DNA from: Mobula hypostoma
Taxonomy: Eukaryota
Reading direction: 5' to 3'
Length of the DNA: 64,000 nt
NCBI RefSeq assembly: GCF_963921235.1
Contig: NC_086097.1
Span: forward strand, 150,352,001 to 150,416,000
Shown here: in pieces, positions 1 to 12,335 of the stretch
Numbering within the stretch: the stretch's first letter is position 1
Layout: every line of letters begins with the position of its first letter
The notes under the pieces: generated by a model
Database searches by the model: none
Seen by the model: only the letters and a program-made list of their open reading frames with translations
Told to the model about the DNA's origin: nothing
Made by a program: the position numbers and the translations under genes

Positions 1-828
1 CAGGGCCACGGACAGATACCAATTCGCGGAGAATGCAGCGGTAGCCAGGAGGCACACAGCACATCTTTAAGAAAAAAGCCGAAATAAACGTTCTAATTAA
101 TTAGGTGTCAGAGGCGATGCAATCGGCAATCGGCACTGATCTGGGCCGACAATTACGCATCGGGTGGCACCTAATTATTTAGCATGTTTATTTCGGCTTT
201 TTTCTTAAAGATATGCTGTGTGCCTTCTGGCTATCGCTGCACCCCTGCATGCTTCACGGCAATGTATCGGTTGGCGGCCTGGAGGGTGGGGGCCACTGCA
301 CCACCCCAGCCTGCGACGGCTCAGCCTAACACACCATCATCCGTGTGCTCGGCGCTGTCTTCCCGATTCCAGTAAGTGATACTACACAGTACATACATTA
401 TTTCTACTTTATATAGGCTATGTATTTTTACGTGTTATTTGGTATGATTTGGCAGCTTCATAGCTTAAAGGTTACTGGAGAGCGCTTGCGCCGTGTTTTT
501 GCCAACAGCGCTTGCATGAGATTTTCTGCTGAGAGCACTTGCACGAAATTTTCGCTTCGGTGAACAGTGCCAGCAATGATTGTAGAAAAGTACTTCTACT
601 TTATATAGGCTGTGTATTTATCATATTATTCCTGCTTTTACTATACGTTACTGTTATTTTAGGTTTTATGTGTTATCTGGCATGATTTGGTAGGTTATTT
701 TTGGGTCTGTGAACGCTCACAAAATTTTCCCATATAAATAAATAGTAATTGCTTCTTTGCTTTACGACGTTCCGGCTTATGAACCGTTTCATAGGAACGC
801 TCTACCTTCGGATGGTGGGGGAAACCTG
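1..828 (+). mobile_element. Tigger/pogo-derived non-autonomous DNA transposon, 3' part, containing a palindromic hAT-type MITE (1-298)
   Basis: Ends ...GGGGAAACCTG followed by TA (829-830). 350-828 is the reverse complement of 25736-26160, the end of the Tigger element. Arms 36-106 and 168-240 are inverted repeats. The MITE end GGTGGGGGCCACTG at 298 resembles hAT/Charlie TIRs. Confidence 0.75.
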
Positions 829-1316
829 TATTGATAGGGACTCCCTTATTGTAAAAAGACTAGATGGCATAGAGTTTACAAATGTGTTCTGGAAAGATTC
901 CATCATCAGTATTTGGAAGTCGGAACAACAGAATGTGTGATACTTTCAACACACGGACCAGATAACATGTTTAGAGAACCTTGGTTTTCAAGAGATATCG
1001 AAGACCTTCTTAAGAGAAAATGGAAGTGCATTAGCACACAGGGAGGGATAAATGAGGCACTTAGGGAGTAAGAGAAATGCAAGAGAACACAAGAAAGAAA
1101 TTATGATGGCTAAAAGAAGGCATTAGTTTGCCTTAATAGACAAGATGAAGGAGAATCTTAAGGGATTCTACAGATGAAGTGCCTATAATAAGTATTCACA
1201 CTCCTTGGAAGTTTTCATGTTTTATTGTTTACAATATTAAATGACAGTGGATTTAATTTACACATCAAAGTTGCTGGTGAACGCAGCAGGCCAGGCAGCA
1301 TCTCTAGGAAGAGGTA

Positions 1317-1354
1317 CAGTCGACGTTTCAGGCCGAGACCCTTCGTCAGGACTA
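1317..1354 (-). ncRNA. Minimal type I hammerhead ribozyme motif
   Basis: Minus strand reads UAGUC-CUGACGA-A-GGGU(CUCG)GCCU-GAAA-C-GUC-GACUG: conserved core, helix I AGUC/GACU, helix II, and palindromic ACGU helix III. Confidence 0.7.
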
Positions 1355-1846
1355 ACTGAAAGAAGAAATAGTAAGAGATTTGAAAGTGGGAGGGGGAGGG
1401 GGAGGTCCAAAATGATAGGAGAAGACAGAAGGTGGAGGGATGGAGCCAAGAGTTAGACAGGTGATAGGCAAAAGGGATATGAGAGGATCATGGGACAGGT
1501 GGCCTAGGGAGGAAGAAAAGGGGGAGGGGGGGAAAACCCCAGACGATGGGCAAGGGGTATAGTGAGAGGGACAGAGGGAGAAAAAGGAGAGAGAGAAAAA
1601 GAATGTGTGTGTATATAAATAAATAAATAACAGATGGAGTACGAGGGGGAGGTGGGGTATTAGCGGAAGTTTGAGAAGTCAATGTTCATGCCACCAAGTT
1701 GGAGGCTACCCAGTCCTCTCATATCCCTTTTGCCAATCACCTGTCCAGCTCTTGGCTCCATCCCTCCCCCTCCTGTCTTCTCCTATCATTTTGGATCTCC
1801 CCCTCCCCCTCCCACTTTCATATCTCTTACTAGCTCTTCTTTCTGT

Positions 1847-1884
1847 TAGTCCTGACGAAGGGCCTCAGCCCGAAACGTCAACTG
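1847..1884 (+). ncRNA. Minimal hammerhead ribozyme motif, second copy, helix I has a mismatch
   Basis: TAGTC-CTGACGA-A-GGGCCTCAGCCC-GAAA-CGTC-AACTG. Confidence 0.55.
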
Positions 1885-3230
1885 TACCTCTTCCTATAGA
1901 TGCTGCCTGACCTGCTGCGTTCACCAGCAACTTTTATGTGTGTTGCTTGAAATTCCAGCATCTGCAGATTTCCTCATGTTTGTGGATTTAATTTGGCTTT
2001 TTGACACTGATCAACAGAAAATATTATTTTGTGTCAAAGTGAAAACAAATTTATACTAATTGGTCTAAATTTATTACAATTCTTAAACACAAAAAAATTT
2101 GATTCAGTATTCACCCATTTCGAGCCAGTATTTAGTAGATGCACCTTTGACACCAAGTACATCCTTGAGTCTGTGTGGAGAGGTTTCTGTCAGTTTTGCA
2201 CATCTGAACACTGCAATTTTTCCCCATTCTTCTGTACAAAACTGCTCAAGCTCTATCAGATGGCACAGGGATCACGAGTAAACAGCCCTTTTCAAGTCCA
2301 GCCACAAATTCTCAATTGGTTGAGGTCTGGACTCCAACCGGGCCAGTCCAGGACATTAACTTTGTTGTTTTGAAGCCATTCCTGTGTAGCTTTGACTTAA
2401 TGCTTGGGGTCATTGTCTTGCTGGAAAGCAAATCTCCCAAGTCCCAGTTCTCTTGCAGACTGCATCAGGTTTTCCTCCAGGATTTCCCTGTATTTTGCTG
2501 CATTCATTTTACCCTCTACCTTCACAAGCCTTCCATGGCCTGCCGCAGTGAAGCATCTCCACAGCGTGATGCAGCCGCCACTATGCTTCACAGTAGGGAT
2601 GGTGTGTTTTTGGTGATGTGTGGTGTTTGGCTTCAGAGCTGACTTCAGAGTCTCCTGCATGCCTTCTGTCAAACTCTAGCTGAGATGTCAGGTGAGGTTT
2701 TTTTTTCCAACAGTGGCCTTCTCTTTGCCACTCCCCCATAAAGCTGCAACTGGTGAAGCACTTGGGCAACAGTTGTATGCGCATTCTCTCCCATCTCAGC
2801 CACTGAAGCTTATATCCCCTCCAGAGTTGTCATAGGTCTCTTGGTGGCTTCCGTCATCAGTCCCCTTCTTGTACGGTCACCCATTTTTTGAGTGCTCTAG
2901 GCAGATTTACAGCTGATTCTATTTCTTGATGATTGACCTAACTGTACTCCAAAGGATATTCAGTGAGTTGGAAATTTTCCTGTATCCATCTCCTGCTTTT
3001 CACTTTTCAATAACCTTTTCGTGGAGTTGCTTGGAGTGTTCTTTTATCTTTGTGGTGTGGTATTTGCCTGGATACTGACTCATCGGCAGTTGGACCTTCC
3101 AGATACAGGTGTATTTTAAGTACGAACAAATGGAACATCTTGATTACACACAGTGATTTCCATTTAACTAATTATGAGACTTCTAAAACCAATTGGCTAC
3201 ACCAGTGATGATTTGGTGTGTCATATTAAA

Positions 3231-4021
3231 TATATATAGAAGTGGTCCACGAGTTCACATACTTGGGGTCAACCATTAGCGACACTCTCTCTCTCAATGC
3301 TGAAATCTATAGGCATATCGGCAAAGCAACATCGATCCTTGCTTGACTCTCCTTGTGGGTCTGGGAGAATCTGAAACTCGCTACAAAAACCAAGACTGCT
3401 GTAACAATGCATGTGTTATCAGCACCCTCCTGTATGGTAGCGAGACTTGGACCATCTACTCCAAACAGGAGAGGAAAGTCAATAGTTTTCACCTGCGCTG
3501 CCTTCACTGCATCCTCGGCATCACCTGGAGAGACAAAGTCCCAAACTCTGAGGTCCTCTCTCGCGCTGGACTTCCCATAATGTTCATGCTTTTAAGACAA
3601 CGCAGACTGCGCTGGCTGGGCCACGTCCGTCATATGAAAGATGGTAGACTGCCAAAGGACATCCTTTATGGAGAACTAGCAACAGGCAAGAGAAACATTG
3701 GCAGACCCCAGCTTCGCTTCAAGGACCTCTGCAAGTGCGACATGAAAGCCTTAAAAATCAACACAGTGAGCTGGGAGGATACAGCAGATGACGGCAACAA
3801 ATGGCGAGGTACTCTTCTGCAACACCTAGAGCAAGGTGAAAGAGTGATCCTGAGTTTGAGGAGTGGAGAGCACAGCAGACAGCGGACAACAATTTCAACT
3901 GTGGCAGAGCCTGACGTTCCAGGATCGACCTCAATAGCCACAGTCAACGCTGCTCGACAAACCAGTGCCTACCGGAGGTGCAGTACCCATGGTCCACCAC
4001 GACTGACGGAGGCCACAGGGG
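3231..4021 (+). mobile_element. RTE-clade LINE, 5'-truncated, inserted in Tc1
   Basis: ORF 3343-4026 has 'STLLYGSETWT' and 'LRQRRLRWLGHVRHMKDGRLPKDILYGEL'. Flanking ATTAAA (3225-3230 and 4022-4027) is a possible TSD. Confidence 0.85.
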
Positions 4022-4311
4022 ATTAAAAGGGGGTGAATACTTATGCAATCAATTATTTTGTGTTTTATATTTGTAATTAATTTAGATCATTTTATAGAGA
4101 TTTCCTTTCACTTTGACACAAAGGAGTTTTTTTCTGTTGATCAGTGTCAAAAAAACCCAAATTAAATCCCATTGTGATTCAATGTTGTAAAACAATAAAA
4201 CAAAAAAACTTCTGGGAGGCGGGGTGAATATTTTTTATAGGCACTGTATGTTAAGGGGAAAAGGATTGCAAGGAACAAAATTGGTCCTTGGGAAGATCAA
4301 TATGATAACCC

Positions 4312-6710
4312 TGCCACGGTCCGGTCCGTTGACTCTTAGTTTCAGTTAATTTCCTTTTCCCCGTGTTCCACCGGGCTCCTTGATTGGGGCACCTGATCCT
4401 CATTCGAACCGGCAGCATAAAAACTTCGGATTACATCTACTCGCTGCTGGTTTGTCACCTCAGCAGTGAGGCTATGCTCGTTCCAGACCACCAAGAATGA
4501 GTCGAGTTGAGAGCCTGCCGTTCACAGTTCCTAGGTCGAGTGAAGATCCTGTCATCCGCTGCTCCTGGGTCGAGTCGAGAGCCTGCCGTGCAGCTGAGTT
4601 TTGGCGGCCGTTTCCCGCTTCACGTGCTACTCGGAGTAGAGATATAAATGGACTGTTGTTTGTTTTTGCCATCTTGTGTCCAACTGAGTATTGTTGGCCA
4701 TTTGCGGCTGCTCCAAGCCGCGATATGAACTGTCTGTTGTTGTATGGTGTTGTCGTCTCCATGTCCTAGTACAGTCCAAGCCCAGGCTCCTTGTTCCAGT
4801 CCAGTCCAAGTCCAGGCTCCGTGTTCCAGTCCAGTCCACGTCCAGGCTCCGTGTTCCACTCAGGTCCAAGTCCAGGCTCCGTGTTCCACTCAGGTCCAAG
4901 TCCAGACTCCCTGTTCAACTCAGGTTCAAGTCCAGGCTCCCTGTTCCACTCAGGTCCAAGTCCAGACTCCCTGTTCAACTCAGGTCCAAGTCCAGACTCC
5001 CTGTTCAACTCAGGTCCAAGTCCAGGCTCCGTGTTCCAGTCCAGACCAAGTCCAGGCTCCATGCTCCACTCAGGTCCAAGTCCAGGCTCTGTGTTCCAGT
5101 CCAGTCCAAGTCCAGGCTCCGTGTTCCAGTCCAGTCCAAGTCCAGGCTCCGTGTTCCACTCCAGTCCAAGTCCAGGCTCCGTGTTCCACTCCAGTCCAAG
5201 TCCAGGCTCCGTGTTCCACTCCAGTCCAAGTCCAGGCTCCGTGTTCCAGTCCAGTCCACGTCCAGGCTCCGTGTTCCACTCAGGTCCAAGTCCAGGCTCC
5301 GTGTTCCACTCAGGTCCAAGTCCAGACTCCCTGTTCAACTCAGGTCCAAGTCCAGGCTCCCTGTTCAACTCAGGTCCAAGTCCAGGCTCCGTGTTCCAGT
5401 CCAGTCCAAGTCCAGGCTCCATGCTCCACTCAGGTCCAAGTCCAGGCTCCGTGTTCCAGTCCAGTCCACGTCCAGGCTCCGTGTTACACTCAGGTCCAAG
5501 TCCAGGCTCCGTGTTACACTCAGGTCCAAGTCCAGGCTCCGTGTTCCACACAGGTCCAAGTCCAGGCTCCGTGTTCCACTCAGGTCCAAGTCCAGGCTCC
5601 GTGTCCCAGTCCAGTCCAAGTCCAGGCTCCGTGTCCCAGTCCAGTCCAAGTCCAGGCTCCGTGTTCCAGGCCAGTCCACTTCCAGGCTCCGTGTTCCACT
5701 CAGGTCCACGTCCAGGCTCCTTGTTCCACTCAGGTCCAAGTCCAGGCTCCTTGTTCCACTCAGGTCCAAGTCCAGGCTCCGTGTTCCACTCAGGTCCAAG
5801 TCCAGGCTCCGTGTTCCACACAGGTCCACGTCCAGGCTCCTTGTTCCACTCAGGTCCAAGTCCAGGCTCCGTGTTCCACTCAGGTCCAAGTCCAGGCTCC
5901 GTGTTCCACACAGGTCCACGTCCAGGCTCCATGTTCCACACAGGTCCACGTCCAGGCTCCGTGTTCCACACAGGTCCACGTCCAGGCTCCGTGTTCCACT
6001 CCAGTCCAAGTCCAGGCTCCGTGTTCCAGTCCAGCCCAAGTCCAGGCTCCTTGTTCCACTCAGGTCCATGTCCAGGCTCCATGTTCCACACAGGTCCACG
6101 TCCAGGCTCCGTGTTCCACACAGGTCCACGTCCAGGCTCCGTGTTCCACTCAGGTCCAAGTCCAGACTCCATGTTCAACTCAGGTCCAATTCCAGGCTCC
6201 GTGTTCCACTCAGGTCCAAGTCCAGGCTCCGTGTTCAACTCAGGTCCAATTCCAGGCTCCGTGTTCCACTCAGGTCCAAGTCCAGGCTCCGTGTTCCAGT
6301 CCAGTCCAAGTCCAGGCTCCGTGTTCCACTCAGGTCCAAGTCCAGACTCCGTGTTCAAATCAGGTCCAAGTCCAGGCTCCCTGTTCGACTCAGGTCCAAG
6401 TCCAGGCTCCTTGTTCAACTCAGGTCCAAGTCCAGGCTCCGTGTTCCACTCAGGTCCAAGTCCAGGCTCCGTGTTCCAGTCCAGTCCAAGTCCAGGCTCC
6501 GTGTTCCAGTCCAGTCCACGTCCAGGCTCCGTGTTCCAGTCCAGTCCACGTCCAGGCTCCGTGTTCCAGTCCAGTCCAAGTCCAGGCTCCTTATTCCACT
6601 CAAGTTCAAGTCCAGGCTCTGTGTTCCAGTCCAGTCCAAGTCTGTCTCCGTGTCAAGTCTCCGTGCCTGTGTCCTGCAATTGGGTCCACTCCCTACGCTC
6701 CACTGCAACA
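4312..6710 (+). mobile_element. Solo LTR (Gypsy, Sushi-like) inflated by an internal minisatellite
   Basis: TGCCACGGTCC...TGCAACA termini resemble the LTR at 37273-37674. 5-bp TSD AACCC/AATCC. It interrupts a CR1 reading frame. Confidence 0.8.
4771..6640. repeat. 30-bp minisatellite, about 62 copies (consensus TCCAAGTCCAGGCTCCGTGTTCCACTCAGG)
   Basis: Exact 30-bp periodicity is visible in the sequence and as 10-aa repeats in the ORF track. Confidence 0.98.
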
Positions 6711-8433
6711 AATCCACGCGTGGAGCGAAAAGAGATGGGGGTGATATTAATTTTTTTTGGCATCTGTATTTACAGAGGTGATGGGTACAGTGTCTCTAGA
6801 AGTAAGGCAAAGCAGCACTGGCTTTATGGACTTTATATCGATTACAGGGGAGGAGGTGTTTGGTGTATTGAGGCAAATTAGGATGGATAATTCCCTCGTA
6901 CCCTATAAGAGGCATGTGGAGAAATTTCAAGGGCCCTAGCAGATATATTTAGATTATCCTTGGCAACAGGTGAGGTATGGAGGTTTGCAAGATACCTAAT
7001 GTTCTTCCACTGTTTAAAAAAAGGCTCTAAAATTAAACCAGGAAACTATACGCCAGTGAGCCTGACATCAGTAGTGGGAAATTTAATGGAAGTTATTCTA
7101 AGGGACCGAATATATTAGTATTTGGATAGACATGGAGTGATTAGGGATAGTCAGAAATGCTTCACGCATTGTAAGTCATGTCTTATAGAGTTTTTTGAGG
7201 AAGTTACCAGGAAAATTGATGAAAGCAAGGCAATGGATGTTGTCTACATGGACTTTAGCAAGGTTTTAGAACTGCATGGGAGGTTGGTCAGGAAGGTTAA
7301 GTTGCTCAGCATTCAAGATGAGGTGGTAAATTGGATTGGAAACTGGCTTTATGGGAGAAGCCAGAGACTGGTAGTAAAGGTTGCATCTCTGACTGGAGAC
7401 CTGTGCCTAGTTGAGTGCTACAGAGATCAGTGCTGTGTCTGTTGTTGTTTGTCATCGACCGTATATTAAGATCTGGAAGATAATGTGGTTAACTAGATCA
7501 GCAAATTTGCAGATCACTCCAAGATTGGGGGTGTAGTGGACAGCGAGGAAGACTATCAAAGCATGCAGTGGGATCTGGACCAGCTGGAAAAATTGGCTGA
7601 AAAAAGGCAGATGGAATTTATTGCAAACTAGTGTGAGGTGTTGCACTTTGGTAAAGACCAACCAGGGCAGGTCTTACATAACAAGTTGTAGGACACTGAG
7701 GAGGGTGGTAGAACACAGGGATCTGGGAATACAGGTCCATAATTTACTGAAAGTGGCATCACAGGTAGATAGGGTTGTAAAGAAAGCTTTTGGTATATTG
7801 GCCTTCATAAATCAAAGTATTGAGTACAGGAGATGAGATGTTATGTTGAAGTTGTATGAGCCGTTGCTGAGGCTTAATTTAGAGTATTGTATACAGTTTT
7901 GGTCACCTCCCTACAGGAAAGGTGAAATTAAGGTTGAAAGAGTGCAGAGAAAATTTAGGATCGTACTAGGAGGACCTGAGTTATACGGAACGTTTGAATA
8001 GGTTAGGACTTTATTCAAATGGAACATATAAGATTAACAGGAGATTTAATAGAGGTATACAAATTATGAGGGGTTTAGATAGGGTAAATGCAAGCAGGCT
8101 TTTTCTACGGCACTAGGGTGGGGCTAGAACTATCGGTCGTGGTTTAAGGGTGAAAGTTGAAAAATTTAAGGGGAATATGAGGGAAACTTCTTCACTCAGA
8201 GGGTTGTGACCGTGTGGAACAAGCTTTCACTGCAAGTGTTGCATGTGAGCTTGAGAATTTTGGATAGGTGCATGGACGGCAGCAACATGGAGGGGTATGG
8301 TCCCAGTGCAGGTCAACGGGAGTAGGCAGCTTAAATGGTTCAGCACCGACTAGATGGGATGGAGGACCTGTTTCTTGCTCTGTACTTTTCTATGGCTCGG
8401 AATCAGTGTGCTGGCATGTTCTCATTGGCCTTC

Positions 8434-8891
8434 TGTCACAACCATAGGCTGCTGCAGAGTCTGGGTGCCCTCACAGGTGGGCAGCTGAGCGGGATCAGTA
8501 AGCACACTCACAAGAATGCACATTGGTGTTTCATTCTGGTTGTGTTTAACTCCCTTCCTTTCGTTTCGGTCTCGTCTAGTCTTGACCAAAGGCACACTGA
8601 TGGCAATGCTCCCTGCTTACCTTTGTCCTCATTGAGGAAAAGAAGACCACAGTTCAGATGGATGCTGCAAAGGAGCGGTATTTATTTAGTATTAAGTTGC
8701 TGCTTCCGAGCTGCAGTGCTGGTGTTAACTTTTAGTCTGAGAACTTCAGTTAACGCCCCTGTAGGCCTAGTGTTTATAATCGTTGTTTTGTTCTGCACAT
8801 TTCTTAATAAAATTTGGTGAACTGTTAATTGTTAATCCACTTCCTTGTCTCTCCCTCTGCAGTTCAGCCATCACTGCACACATCTTTGTCA
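8434..8891 (+). mobile_element. Putative solo LTR
   Basis: TG...CA termini, AATAAA near 8806, imperfect 5-bp TSD CCTTC/CCCTC. It interrupts a Rex-like sequence. Confidence 0.55.
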
Positions 8892-9260
8892 CCCTCACTA
8901 ATTTTTATCGATGCACCATAGAAGTCATACTGTCTGGACTCATCATGGGTTGGTATGGAAATTGCTCTGCCCAGGACTGCAGGAAACTGCAGATAGCTAT
9001 CCACACAGCTCAGCACGTCACAGAAACCAGCCTCCCCACCATGTACGCTCTTGTTATCTCAACATAATGAGCAGCCCACTCTACCCTGATATTTTTTCTT
9101 TACACCCCTCCTTTCAGACAGAAGAAACAAATGCCTGAAAACAGGTATTACCGGACTCAATGACAGCTTCTCTCCCACCAGAATGGAAAGAATAAACAAT
9201 CCGTTGTTTGAAAAGATGAACTTGTGACATCACAACCCACCTCAGCAGCCTCTTGCACCT
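8892..9260 (+). mobile_element. Rex1/Babar LINE 3' fragment
   Basis: 'LTNFYRCTIEVILSGLIMGWYGNCSAQDCRKLQ' matches the Rex/Babar RT C-terminal region. Confidence 0.75.
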
Positions 9261-9606
9261 TTTTGGTAGATGGTTAAATTAGTTTATTATTGTCATTTGT
9301 GTCAAGCTACAGTGAAAAACCAGTATTCCATAATGTTCAAACTGATCAGTTCAGTGCAAAGGTGTACTGAGGTGATAGAAAGTAAAACATTAACAGTGCA
9401 GAAAGTGTTACAGTTATAGCGAAGACGCTAAAACAGGTAAACAGTAAGTTGCAATGTAATCACAAGGTAGATTGTGAAGTCGAGTCCATCTTATCATACT
9501 AGTAATCCATTTAATAAAAGAATAACTGCAATATAGTTTAATTTTAAAGTCGATGGTCTTACTGTCCACCTGTGCTGTACTTTTTCAGTAACTGTAACAC
9601 AATATT

Positions 9607-12335
9607 ACTAGAAGACTAGACACTAGAATACTACAGCACAGTACAGGCCCTTCGGCCCTCGATGTTGTTGCAACCCATATATTCCTTAAAAAAAAGTACC
9701 AAACCCACACTACTCCGTAACCCTCGATTTTTCTTTTATCCATGTGCCTGTCCAAGAGGCTCTTAAATACCCCACCACCATCCCTGGCAAGTCATTCCAG
9801 GCACCCACAACCCTCTGTGTAAAAAACTTACCCCTGATGTCTCCCCTAAACTTCCTTCCCTTAACTTTCTACATATGCCCTCTGGTGTTTGCTATTTGTG
9901 CTCTGGGAAACAGGTACTGGCTATCCACCCTATCTATGCTTCTCATGGTCTTGTAGACCTCTATCAAGTCCCCTTTCATCCTTCCACGCTCCAAAGGGAA
10001 AAGTCCCAGCTCTGCTAACCTTGCCTCATAAGACTTGTTTTCCAATCCAGGCAACATCCTGGTAAATCTCCTCTGGACCTTCTCCATAGCTTCCACATCC
10101 TTCCTCTAATGAGGTGACCAGAATTAAACACAATACTCTAAGTGTGGTCTCACCAGAGATTTGTAGAGTTGCAACATGACCTCTCTACTCTTGAAATCAA
10201 TCCCCCAATTAATGAAGCCTAGCATCCCATAGGCCTTCTTAACTATCCTATCAACCTGTGCAGCGACCTTGAGGGATGTATGGATTTGAACCCCAAGGTC
10301 CCTCTATTCATCCACACTCTTAAGTAAAAGATCATTAACCCTGTACTCAGCCTTCTGGTTTGTCCTTCCAAAATGCATCACCTCACACTTATCCAGATTG
10401 AACTCCGTCTGCCACTTTTCTGCCCAACTCTGCATCCTGTCTATATCCTCTTGTAACCTTCGACAACCTACAGCTCCATCCACAACTCCTCCAATCTTCG
10501 TGTCATCCGCAAACTTACTCACCCATCCTTCCGCCTCTTCATCCAGGTCATTTATAAAAATCACAAAGAGTGGGGCTCCCAGGACAGATCCTTGCAGCGC
10601 TCCACTAGTCACCAACCTCCAGGCAGAATACTTCCCTTCCACTACTACCCTCTGCTTTCTTCTTGTAAGCCAATTTTTTATCCAAACAGCCAAAGTTCCA
10701 CTGATCTCATGCCTCATGACGTTTTGGATGAGTCTCTCGTGGGGGACCTTGTCAAATGCCTTGCTAAAATCCATGTAGACCACATCTACCACCCTACCCT
10801 CATCAATTTCTCTTGTTACTTCTTCAAAAAACTCAATTAGGCTCATGAGGCACGACCTTCCCTTCACAAAGCCATGTTAACTATCCTTGAGTAGACTGTA
10901 CTTCTCCAAGTGCTCGTAGATCCTATTCTTAAGAATTCTTTCCAATAGTTTGCAGACCACCGACGTAAGACTCACCGGTCTATAGTTCCCAGGATTCTCC
11001 TTATTACCTTTTTCAAACAAGGGAACTATATTTGCCATTCTCCAATCCTCCAGCACCTCCCTGCAGCCAAAGAGGATTCAAATATCATAGCTACTGCTCC
11101 AGTGATCTCTTCTCTCACTTTCCACAGCAACCTGGGGTATATCATGTCCGGCCCTGGGGACTTATCAATCTTGATTTTTTTAAGCAGATCCAACACTTCT
11201 TCCTTAATCTCCTCATTGTCCAGCACACAGGCCTGTTCTGTTTCTACCTCACCCTGATCAAGGTCCTTTTCACTTGTGAATACTGAAGCAAAGTATTCAT
11301 TTAGGACCTCCCCAACCTCCTCCACTTCCAGGCATATGTTGCTTCTTTATCCTTTAGCAGCCCCACCTTCATTCTTGTCATCCTTCTGTTCTTCACATAT
11401 GCATAGAACGCCTTGGGGTTCTCCTTGATCCTACATGCCAAGGCCTTCTCCTGCTCCCTTCAAGCTCTCCTGTCCTTTCTTAAGCTCCTTCCTGGCTACC
11501 CTATATTTCTAATTAGCCCTTCCTGCTTCTTATATCTAACATATGCTTCCTTCTTCCTCTTGACGAGTTGCCTCACGTGTTTCATCAGCCACGGTTCCTT
11601 TTTCCTACCATTTTTTCCTTGTCTCAGTGGGACAAACCTATCCTGAACCCAGCACGTGGTCCTTAAACTTCCTTCACATTACTTCTGTGCTTTCACCCTT
11701 AAACATCTGTTTCCAATTTACTCTTGTTAGTTCCAGCCTCATCCCTTCATTGTTAGCCCTTCCCCAGTTAAGCACCTTCCCATTTTGTCTGTTTTTATCC
11801 TTTTCCATAGCTATGCTGAAGCTAAGGGAGTTGTGGTCACTCTCACCAAAATGCTCCCCCACCAAGAGGTCTTCCACCTGACCAGGTTCATTACCCCGAA
11901 CTAGATCCAGTATGGTCTCTCCTCTCATTGACCAGCCTACATACTGTGTCAGGAATCCTTCTTGAACACACCTAACAAATTCAGCCCCATCTATCCCCCT
12001 TACAGTCAGCAGGTGCCAGTCAATATGAGGGAAGTTGAAATCACCCATAACTACAACCCTGTATTTCCTGCACCATTCTAAAATCTGCCTGCTTATCTGC
12101 TCCTCAGGGTCCCGAGGGCTATTTGGGGGCCTATAGACTACTCCCAGCACAGTGATTGAGCCCTTCCTATTTCTGACTTCCACCCACACTGACTCAGTGG
12201 ACACTCCCTCTGCAGCATCCTCCCTTTCTATAGCCGTGATACTATCCCTGACCAGTGATGCTACTACCCCCCATTTTCTACCTCCCATCCTATTCCTTTT
12301 AAAACACCTAAACCCCAGCACCTGCATCATTCTGT
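9607..12335 (-). mobile_element. CR1 LINE, 5'-truncated ORF2 (endonuclease plus RT), degenerate
   Basis: Motifs 'VVMGDFNFP', 'GESDHNSL', '[11 protein letters not shown]', 'QGSVLG' and 'SKFADDTK'. Tandem 3' tail at 9607-9630. Flanking ACAATATT (9599-9606 and 12336-12343) is a possible TSD. Confidence 0.92.

Larger units (their letters stand above)
1260..1981. mobile_element. Penelope-like element remnant with inverted pLTR copies
   Basis: 13-bp TSD GTGGATTTAATTT (1247-1259 and 1982-1994). 1260-1490 and 1714-1940 are inverted copies. The minus strand of 1660-1712 reads 'GSLQLGGMNIDFSNFR*', like the C-terminus of a PLE GIY-YIG endonuclease. Confidence 0.8.
1177..4246 (-). mobile_element. Tc1-family DNA transposon with long IR/DR-type terminal repeats and a degenerate transposase
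   Basis: Termini (C/A)AGTGCCTATAA and TTATAGGCACTG followed by TA. The ~220-bp inverted repeats carry an inner and outer AGTATTCAC motif. Transposase motifs '[13 protein letters not shown]' and 'FQQDNDPKH' (2397-2672), plus a WPxxSPDLN-like motif. Confidence 0.9.
831..8392 (+). mobile_element. CR1 LINE ORF2 relic split by Tc1 and solo-LTR insertions (pieces 831-1176, 4247-4311, 6711-8392)
   Basis: Motifs 'LDGIEF', 'KIGPWEDQ', 'IEFFEEVTRKID..DVVYMDFSK' and 'SQVDRVVKKAFGILAFI'. The frame runs continuously across both insertions once they are removed. Confidence 0.85.

Noticed and set aside
4771..6640. CRISPR array
   Set aside because: Units are contiguous with no unique spacers, there are no cas genes, and the context is vertebrate.
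4691..6881. Three overlapping 666-696-aa ORFs as a real repetitive protein gene
   Set aside because: They arise from a stop-free 30-bp minisatellite inside a TSD-flanked solo LTR, and all plus frames are equally open.
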